Shown here one piece after another: positions 57,475 through 64,000 of a DNA stretch of 64,000 nucleotides; positions within the stretch are counted from its first letter, which is position 1; each line of letters begins with the position of its first letter. The position numbers were made by a program, and so were the translations under genes. Source of the DNA: Desulfobacterales bacterium (lineage in GTDB: Bacteria > Desulfobacterota > Desulfobacteria > Desulfobacterales > UBA11574); contig JAQYVT010000005.1 of the NCBI GenBank assembly GCA_030145345.1, positions 3,939-67,938 on the forward strand, in the 5' to 3' direction. The notes beneath the pieces were generated by a model. The model was not told the DNA's origin and ran no database searches. It saw only the letters and a list, made by a program, of their open reading frames with translations.

Positions 57475-60141
57475 CTAAGCTTCAAGGGCCTTGATCTTAT
57501 CCAGATTCACTTGAAATTTTTGCTGTTTCTGTAAAAAGGTCTCGTGCTTTTCCTTGACTTTCTCCACCACATGTTGAGGCGCTTTGCTGAGAAAATCCTC
57601 ATTGTTAAGTTTTTTTGAAATCTTGGTCAATTCATGGGTCAGTTTGTTGATTTCCTTTTCAAGGCGCTGAATCTCTTGTTTAAAATCGATAATTCCTTCC
57701 AATGAAACAAAAATCGTAGCATCTTCCACAACCGACGTTGCAGCCGATTTTGGCCGTTGTCCCGTATCTTCAATGGACAAGGATTTTAGTCTGGCCAGGT
57801 TGATGATCATGTCCGTGTACTGTTGAATCGTTTCCCTTGTTGCGTCTTCCTGTGAATGGACCGAAACATCCAGCGACAACATGGGGGAAATGTTCATCTC
57901 TCCCCGGATGTTTCTAATACCTGTTATTATCTCCGAGATAAGCCTCATTTTTGATTCTGCTTCCGCATCTCTGGCCAGGCCGTCGACAGGGTCGGCATCC
58001 AAAGGGAAGACGGCTTTCATGATGGCGCCGTGTGTGCCCGGAAGTTTATGCCAGATTTCCTCTGTAATAAAGGGTATAAAAGGATGAAGCAGAATAATGG
58101 TATCGTGCAGAACGCGCCACAGCACGCTCAAGGTTGCTTCCTTGCGGTCGTCCCCCTCTTTTCCGTACAACGTGGGTTTGACGGCCTCGAGGTACCAGTC
58201 ACAGAACTCATGCCACACAAACTGGTAAAGGGCGCCGGCCGCATCATTGAACCTGTAACTGTCCAGCGATTCGGAAACGTTGACGGTCACACGGGAGAGT
58301 CTGGACAGAATCCACCGATCCGCCAGAGAAAGGGGTTCATCCGGTATGTTTTTATACGCTTTATCGATGTGCATCAGGGCAAAGCGGGTGGCATTCCAGA
58401 TCTTGTTGATAAAATTTCTGTAACCTTCGACGCGCTTTTCCGACATCTTGACGTCTCTGCCCTGTGCTGCAAAAGCGGCCAGGGTAAACCGGAATGCATC
58501 GGTTCCGTAGTGGTCGATGACGTTCAAAGGATCGATGACATTTCCCGTTGACTTGCTCATTTTTTTACCGTCTTCGTCCCGCACCAGGGCGTGTACATAA
58601 ACATCCTTAAACGGTACGTCCCCCATGAAATGGATGCCCATCATCATCATTCTGGCGACCCAGAAAAAGAGGATGTCAAAACCGGTCACCAATACGGATG
58701 TGGGATAGAACAATTTTAAGAGCGGCGTCTCTTCCGGCCACCCCATGGTTGAAAAGGGCCACAGGGCGGAGCTGAACCAGGTGTCCAGGACATCCGTCTC
58801 CCGTACAAGATCTGCGCCGCCGCACGCCGGGCATGTTTGCGGTGTGTCCATGGCAACGATGATTTCCCCACACGCCCCGCATGTCCACGCCGGAATCTGA
58901 TGCCCCCACCATATTTGCCTTGAAATACACCAGTCTTTAACATTGTTCATCCATTCAAAATACGTCTTGGTCCATATTTCAGGAATGATCTTGGTGTCAC
59001 CGTTCTTGACGGCAGCTATGGCCTTTTCCGCAAGGGGGCCGGTTTTAACGAACCACTGTTTTGACAAATTGGGTTCAATGATGGTATCGCATCGATAACA
59101 GTGACCGATACTGTGTTTATAGGGTTCTATTTTTTCAAGGAGCCCCGCTTCTTTAAGGGCTTTAACCACGGCGTCCCTGCATTTGAAGCGGTCAAGCCCT
59201 TTAAACTTGCCGGCTTCGGCGGTCATACGGCCATCATCATCGATAACTTTTATCCGTTCGAGGTTGTGGCGATTGCCGATTTCAAAGTCATTGGGGTCAT
59301 GGGCCGGTGTAATCTTCAATGCGCCCGTTCCAAAGGACGTGTCCACATATTTATCTTTGATGATGGGGATCTTTCGGTTCATCAGGGGAAGAATGACCGG
59401 GTGAGACTCGATGCCGTGATAGCGCTCATCATCGGGATTTACGGCCACCGCAGTATCTCCCAACATGGTTTCAGGCCGGGTCGTTGCAACAACGACACCC
59501 CCTTTTCCCTCTGTAAAAGGATATCGGATATGATATAAATAACCGTCATGCTCTTCATGTTCGACTTCAAGATCGGCAAGGGCTGTATGGCAGCGGCCGC
59601 ACCAGTTAATAATGTAATTGCCGCGGTAGATAAGACCTTCATGGTACAGCGTCACGAAAACCTTTCGGACGGCTTTCGAAAGTCCTTCGTCCATGGTAAA
59701 ACGCTCCCGATCCCAGTCACATGAAGCGCCAAGACGTTTCAGTTGATTGATAATTGCACTGCCGTACTCACCGCGCCACTCCCAGACCGCCTCGATGAAA
59801 TTTTCCCTGCCAACCTGGTGACGATCCAACCCATCGCTTGCGAGTTTTTTTTCAACAACATTCTGAGTGGCGATTCCAGCATGGTCGGTCCCGGGCATCC
59901 ACAAGACATTATCCCCCCGCAATCTTCGGTAGCGGCAGAGAATATCCTGCATGGTATTGTTGAGGGCATGCCCCATGTGAAGAACACCGGTAACATTCGG
60001 CGGGGGAATGACGATGGAATAGCCTTTCCGGTCGCCGTCCGCCGCATCGGCCGCAAACAGCCCTTCTTTTTCCCAGAAATCGTACCATCGTTTTTCAACA
60101 TCATGGGGGTCATAACTTTTGTCTAGAAGATTGGAACTCAT
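57475..60141 (-). CDS. valS: Valine--tRNA ligase
   Basis: It is 888 aa with a HIGH-type PPNVTGVLHMGHAL, KMSKS, an editing domain and a C-terminal coiled coil. Confidence 0.95.
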   Translation of the reverse strand: MSSNLLDKSYDPHDVEKRWYDFWEKEGLFAADAADGDRKGYSIVIPPPNVTGVLHMGHALNNTMQDILCRYRRLRGDNVLWMPGTDHAGIATQNVVEKKLASDGLDRHQVGRENFIEAVWEWRGEYGSAIINQLKRLGASCDWDRERFTMDEGLSKAVRKVFVTLYHEGLIYRGNYIINWCGRCHTALADLEVEHEEHDGYLYHIRYPFTEGKGGVVVATTRPETMLGDTAVAVNPDDERYHGIESHPVILPLMNRKIPIIKDKYVDTSFGTGALKITPAHDPNDFEIGNRHNLERIKVIDDDGRMTAEAGKFKGLDRFKCRDAVVKALKEAGLLEKIEPYKHSIGHCYRCDTIIEPNLSKQWFVKTGPLAEKAIAAVKNGDTKIIPEIWTKTYFEWMNNVKDWCISRQIWWGHQIPAWTCGACGEIIVAMDTPQTCPACGGADLVRETDVLDTWFSSALWPFSTMGWPEETPLLKLFYPTSVLVTGFDILFFWVARMMMMGIHFMGDVPFKDVYVHALVRDEDGKKMSKSTGNVIDPLNVIDHYGTDAFRFTLAAFAAQGRDVKMSEKRVEGYRNFINKIWNATRFALMHIDKAYKNIPDEPLSLADRWILSRLSRVTVNVSESLDSYRFNDAAGALYQFVWHEFCDWYLEAVKPTLYGKEGDDRKEATLSVLWRVLHDTIILLHPFIPFITEEIWHKLPGTHGAIMKAVFPLDADPVDGLARDAEAESKMRLISEIITGIRNIRGEMNISPMLSLDVSVHSQEDATRETIQQYTDMIINLARLKSLSIEDTGQRPKSAATSVVEDATIFVSLEGIIDFKQEIQRLEKEINKLTHELTKISKKLNNEDFLSKAPQHVVEKVKEKHETFLQKQQKFQVNLDKIKALEA

Positions 60142-60307
60142 ACGCTTAATACTCCCTATTCATAACTTGTTCCGGACAACACATGGCATCCGATACGGCT
60201 AAAAAATGGAAAAGGGGATTATTGCATAATCCCCGAGTTTTTACCATTTCGTTTTTTGACATGATCAGGTTCATCAGGCCGGACGTCATTGGTGCCCAAA
60301 AGAACAA

Positions 60308-61024
60308 TTATTTTTCGCTGCCCGATTCTTCTTCGAGCAGAATGTTTTTCAGCCTTTCTATTTCCCTCTTAACCGTTTTTTCAATCACTTCAACAAGAAT
60401 ACCATCGATTTTTTCGTAAAACATCTTTTTTATAACGCGCTCTAACGCCGCCTCTATCTGTTCGTCGGATACCCTGCCGACTTCCAAGGAATCTTCCGGA
60501 ATATCATCTCCCGTTTCGAGCTCAATCCCCAATGAATCGGTGAAATCATCTTTCAGGGACGGATTCATGGGCACTTCTTGGTCAAATTCCTCATCAAGAT
60601 CAATAGTTGCTTCAAAAAGATCGCTTTCTAAGTCAGGGATATCGTCCGATTCCGGTGAGGGGGCATCGGTTGTAAAAATAGATTCGCCGATTTCCGCTAT
60701 TTCCTTGGGAGTGTCGCCGGGTTCAATGGAAATTTCTTCGACGGTATCCATCAGGTCGATAATTTCTTCATCATTTTGTGATGGTTCGATGATCTCATCC
60801 GTAAGTTCTAAAATCTCCTCACCTTCAAGGGGTTTTTCTGTTTCAGTAAGGACGATGTCCTTTTGATTTTCCATGGTAAGTTCCTCAACAGAATCTAAAA
60901 GGTCGAGTATTTCATCATCGTCTTCCGGCCCGCCTTCTATCTGGTCCTTGAGTTCGATGATCTCTTCATCTTCCGACGATTCTGTCCTTTCAGTTTTTTT
61001 GTCGGGCTTACCATTGATTGTCAT
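60308..61024 (-). CDS. Highly acidic repeat protein with a conserved-looking helical C-terminal domain
   Basis: It is 238 aa and roughly one third Asp plus Glu. The motif [DE]EI[IL][DE]L.D.[IV]EE occurs four times. The C-terminus is SDEQIEAALERVIKKMFYEKIDGILVEVIEKTVKREIERLKNIL. Confidence 0.6.
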   Translation of the reverse strand: MTINGKPDKKTERTESSEDEEIIELKDQIEGGPEDDDEILDLLDSVEELTMENQKDIVLTETEKPLEGEEILELTDEIIEPSQNDEEIIDLMDTVEEISIEPGDTPKEIAEIGESIFTTDAPSPESDDIPDLESDLFEATIDLDEEFDQEVPMNPSLKDDFTDSLGIELETGDDIPEDSLEVGRVSDEQIEAALERVIKKMFYEKIDGILVEVIEKTVKREIERLKNILLEEESGSEK

Positions 61025-61174
61025 ATCAACCCCCCGTTACCCATAAAAGGCCATGCATTATTGCCAAATAAATGTCCCAAAATCCAAAAAAATTTATCAT
61101 AGGGACCTTAGTGTGTCAAGATATTTGCTTTTTTACAAACTTGACGTTTGTAAAATGCAGGTGTAAAAAATCGT

Positions 61175-61915
61175 ATGCGGTATTTTTTTATTGAACACGC
61201 TAAAAGCACGGGGTCGGCATTGGTTATCACCGGTTCCGATGCCAGGCACATCAAAACGGTATTGCGCCTGAAATCCGGTGATAAAATTGGTCTTTTTGAC
61301 GGGAAAGGATTTGAATACGAAGCCGAAATCGTCGATTTGTCCACCGGAAGGGTTAAGGTGTCGGTGATTCGCCGCTTTCCTTCAGTTGCAGAATCGCCCG
61401 TTCAAATTACGGTGGCTCAGGGGTTTTTAAAAGAAAAGAAAATGGACGGCCTCGTTCGACAGCTCAGTGAACTGGGCATCATAAAATGGAACCCCTTTAT
61501 CGCCGAGAGATCCGTCCCGAGACCGGACAAAAAACAGCTCTCGGCACGCACGAAACGGTGGGAAAAAATATCCAAAGAAGCCATCAAGCAGTGCAAGCGG
61601 GGCTGTATTATGGAAATTGGCGACGCGGTATCCTTCGAAGAAATATTGAATATTTCTCAGACCGCCGACCTTAAGATCGCTTTTTGGGAAGATGAATTGC
61701 AGCCGCTCAATGCCAAATTGCCGGGGTCTGATGGTAAAATCAATAAAATTTATGCGTTGCTCGGACCCGAAGGCGGTTTCACCCCACAGGAAATTGAAAG
61801 TGCCAGGGATCGGGGATTTGTCACCGCGAGCCTGGGCCCACGAATCTTAAGAGCTGAAACAGCGACGGTTGCAGCATGTGTTTTACTCCAGCATCTTTTT
61901 GGCGATATGCGATAA
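61175..61915 (+). CDS. rsmE: 16S rRNA (uracil1498-N3)-methyltransferase
   Basis: It has an MRYFFIE start, a PUA-like N-terminus, and the C-terminal SPOUT knot LLGPEGGF...LGPRILRAETA. Confidence 0.85.
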   Translation: MRYFFIEHAKSTGSALVITGSDARHIKTVLRLKSGDKIGLFDGKGFEYEAEIVDLSTGRVKVSVIRRFPSVAESPVQITVAQGFLKEKKMDGLVRQLSELGIIKWNPFIAERSVPRPDKKQLSARTKRWEKISKEAIKQCKRGCIMEIGDAVSFEEILNISQTADLKIAFWEDELQPLNAKLPGSDGKINKIYALLGPEGGFTPQEIESARDRGFVTASLGPRILRAETATVAACVLLQHLFGDMR

Positions 61916-61971
61916 AAAAATCTTGACAAAAAAAAGAGCTTCTAATATTTTTCCTATTTATCTCAAATCAC

Positions 61972-62047
61972 GCCGAGGTAGCTCAGTCGGTAGAGCAGGG
62001 GACTGAAAATCCCCGTGTCGGCAGTTCGATTCTGTCCCTCGGCACCA
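61972..62047 (+). tRNA. tRNA-Phe (GAA)
   Basis: It is a 76-nt cloverleaf. The acceptor stem is gccgagg/cctcggc, the D arm is gctc-agtcggta-gagc and the anticodon loop is ctGAAaa. The T arm is ggcag-ttcgatt-ctgtc and the CCA is encoded. Confidence 0.95.
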
Positions 62048-62055
62048 ATATAATT

Positions 62056-62094
62056 AAGGAGTTAGCAATATTGCGCTAACTCCTTTTTGTTTTG
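62056..62094 (+). terminator. Rho-independent terminator after tRNA-Phe
   Basis: The arms aaggagttagc / gctaactcctt form an 11-bp stem followed by tttgtttt. Confidence 0.75.
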
Positions 62095-62278
62095 GGTCTC
62101 CCTTTTTCAAGGTACTTTTTAGGATACACGTAAATAGATGGTTTTGGAAAATTAGAGGTTATTCTGAAATGAAAAGGGGATGGTCAGAATTAGATGAGAT
62201 TATGAAGTGATGCCCTGGGTTTGTACGGGTGCAGAGGTGATGAGATTAGATACAGACTTTTTCCGGTCAGAGAAAGCT

Positions 62279-62569
62279 TTAGAACTCATATTTTATAATA
62301 GATGCCTTAAATAAAAATGGAGAAATTAACCCAATGACATGCCACAACAAACTCACAACTATCCATATTAAATGTAAAAACGATGCAGGAATATAATCAA
62401 TGTCCTTGTTGTTGCCAATAAACTGAATAATAATCCAAGCGGCATTAGCGACAAAAGATATCCATGCTAAAATGATCCAAACAACATGAATTCTAACGGT
62501 AATATCAAATAACAGGCTGGGATTGGAATTTAATTCTGTGATAAACATTGAAACAATCTGAGAGCTCAC
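62279..62569 (-). CDS. Small hydrophobic protein (about 3 TM), function unknown, in the AT-rich segment
   Basis: It is 96 aa and rich in Trp and Ile. I did not recognise a family. The AT-rich codon usage differs from the rest of the window. Confidence 0.45.
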   Translation of the reverse strand: MSSQIVSMFITELNSNPSLLFDITVRIHVVWIILAWISFVANAAWIIIQFIGNNKDIDYIPASFLHLIWIVVSLLWHVIGLISPFLFKASIIKYEF

Positions 62570-62626
62570 TTTTATAAAATGAGTGTAGTAACATCATAAG
62601 AAGCGTAAAAATCATTCTAAAATTCT

Positions 62627-63445
62627 TCAATTAATTTCCTTCCCAGGCTTTGAACCAATCGATTTCAAGTATTCTAATAATTTGAAATGACCGAATTCTT
62701 CTGCGATATCATAAGCTGTTTGGCCATCAACATTTTTTGCATTTACAGATGCCCCAAGTGAAACCAAATATTGAATACCCTCAATGTAACCACTGTAACT
62801 ATAGAAAATTAAAGGGGTATTGCCCTTATTGCTTCTTAAGTGAATATCTGCTCCTGCTTCCACTAATATTTTTGATAGATCGACATCCTTAGTGAAGATA
62901 GGGGACATATTATTCTCATCGACTGCATTCACATTTGCGCCTTTTGAGATAAGCATCCGGGCGATAGTCTTATTTTGAGTATTGTGCAGCGGGGTTTGAT
63001 TTGTATCGTTTTTCGCATTGACGTCAACACCCTTTGCCAATTGTTGCCTAACACTTTCCAAGTCATCCACATATAAAGCTTCGAACATTTTTATGACTTC
63101 AGGGTTCAATTTTTTTATTTTTTTACTGGTTTCAAACTTAGCTTTTTTTAATTGTTCCATCTTAGGTCCAATGAAAATGGCTGTGAATAAAATGGCGGCA
63201 GTACACAAAAAACTAAAAACAATTAATAAAATCCTCCACCATCCATATTTACCGATACGCATCCAATACCCTGCGAATATTCCAATTAGAGGCAAGGTGA
63301 AAACCACATAACCTGGAGACATGTTCGTCTTCATTTTTGCATGTGTCGCGAGAATGCACATCACAATAAACACCACGCAATTTAAGAGAAAATATACAAA
63401 TCCAAATACTTTGATCAATTTTGGTAAGTTGCTTTTTACATTCAT
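62627..63445 (-). CDS. Membrane-anchored ankyrin-repeat protein
   Basis: The N-terminal roughly 100 aa have three hydrophobic helices. The C-terminus carries ankyrin-like repeats (TPLHNT...LISKGANVNA, SPIF...LVEAGADIHL, NTPLIF...LVSLGASVNAKNVDGQTAYDIA). Confidence 0.7.
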   Translation of the reverse strand: MNVKSNLPKLIKVFGFVYFLLNCVVFIVMCILATHAKMKTNMSPGYVVFTLPLIGIFAGYWMRIGKYGWWRILLIVFSFLCTAAILFTAIFIGPKMEQLKKAKFETSKKIKKLNPEVIKMFEALYVDDLESVRQQLAKGVDVNAKNDTNQTPLHNTQNKTIARMLISKGANVNAVDENNMSPIFTKDVDLSKILVEAGADIHLRSNKGNTPLIFYSYSGYIEGIQYLVSLGASVNAKNVDGQTAYDIAEEFGHFKLLEYLKSIGSKPGKEIN

Positions 63446-63840
63446 AGAATTCTTTGACTTTCTTAGTGTGTGCTTAATCTCTTTAACGCTATCGTTTCAC
63501 AAAGATCCGCTGTTTTTTGGGGAAACCCGCTCTAAATTCATCACTATAACCGCCCCGAGACAAGGCTTCCGAAAATTTTTTTACCAGCTTTCCCGAAGGG
63601 TAAACAAAATGGGATTGTATTAAAAGATTAATATCTGATCTATACAAGGGTTATGAAAACATATTTGTATCTACAAAATATATAAAAAACTAAAACCTTA
63701 TAATATTTCTTCCAGTCTGTTTACGATCAATTGGGGTACACGTATGTGTCAAGACTATCTATGGGATTGGCATCCGCGTACAAAATGAACTATTCTTGCC
63801 ACTTTCGTTGAATTCGGGATCTTGCTTGGCGGTGGGATGA

Positions 63841-64000
63841 TTAATCGTCTTCTTCGAATTTAGACAGCCATTCTTCATTTATAAAACTCAAGGTTCTCTG
63901 TCCGCTATCAAAGTCAAAATCATCATCTGTCAGTTCAAATCCGTTGTTTGAAAGGCAAGCTTTTAAATCCACTTCAAGTTCATCGTAAATACTCACTTTT
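63841..64000 (-). CDS. 3' end of an unidentified gene that continues beyond the window
   Basis: The minus-strand frame is open from the window edge. The translation is ...KVSIYDELEVDLKACLSNNGFELTDDDFDFDSGQRTLSFINEEWLSKFEEDD, ending in a stop. It is acidic and I recognised no family. Confidence 0.3.
   Translation of the reverse strand, partial: KVSIYDELEVDLKACLSNNGFELTDDDFDFDSGQRTLSFINEEWLSKFEEDD

Noticed and set aside
1-64000. I scanned the window for CRISPR arrays, transposases, integrases, toxin-antitoxin pairs and known defence-system genes.
   Set aside because: I saw no regularly spaced direct repeats and no ORF with recognisable motifs of these classes. The only tandem repeats are the 15-nt coding repeat at 20806-20874 and the 24-nt duplication at 27177-27224.

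Overview
This is a 64 kb chromosomal segment of about 47-48% GC (estimated by eye). It is densely packed with about 55 protein genes, mostly housekeeping, plus one tRNA-Phe(GAA) and one large SRP RNA that carries an Alu domain. Recognisable content falls into these groups:
- Transport: livM(partial)-livG-livF, an orphan TRAP binding protein, and Pit plus DUF47.
- Translation: aspS, hisS, valS, tilS, rsmA, rsmE.
- Nucleotide and cofactor metabolism: class II B12-type nrdJ, purH split into two genes, folP, coaX, nadC, and a ThiS-like carrier.
- Central metabolism: nitrilase, a RuMP-type HPS-RraA fusion plus PHI, tungsten-type AOR, acetoacetyl-CoA synthetase, threonine aldolase, proC.
- Proteostasis: ftsH, grpE-dnaK, two large M16 peptidases, rhomboid.
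- Envelope and pili: yggT-divIVA, two PilT-family ATPases, pilD, ccdA.
The gene content (AOR, class II RNR, HPS/PHI) and the abundance of short intergenic repeat elements suggest an anaerobic Desulfobacterota (Desulfobacterales-like) genome. That placement is inference only. No CRISPR array, transposase, integrase or recognisable defence system is visible. The items most worth a second look are:
- Two paralogous small phasin-like / histone-H1-like winged-helix proteins, each upstream of a large M16 peptidase.
- A zinc-ribbon plus pseudo-receiver protein and a 49-aa ORF behind the tandem pilT genes, flanked by highly structured and unusually long ORF-free DNA.
- A 36-nt element present twice (35/36 identical).
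- A tandem 24-nt duplication of the nrdJ translation start, and a long structured nrdJ leader.
- A very acidic repeat protein with a PopZ-like layout.
- A rhomboid fused to a DnaJ-C-like domain.
- An AT-rich, apparently foreign segment starting just after tRNA-Phe that encodes a membrane-anchored ankyrin protein.
All family calls rest on motif recognition by eye. No database search was run.
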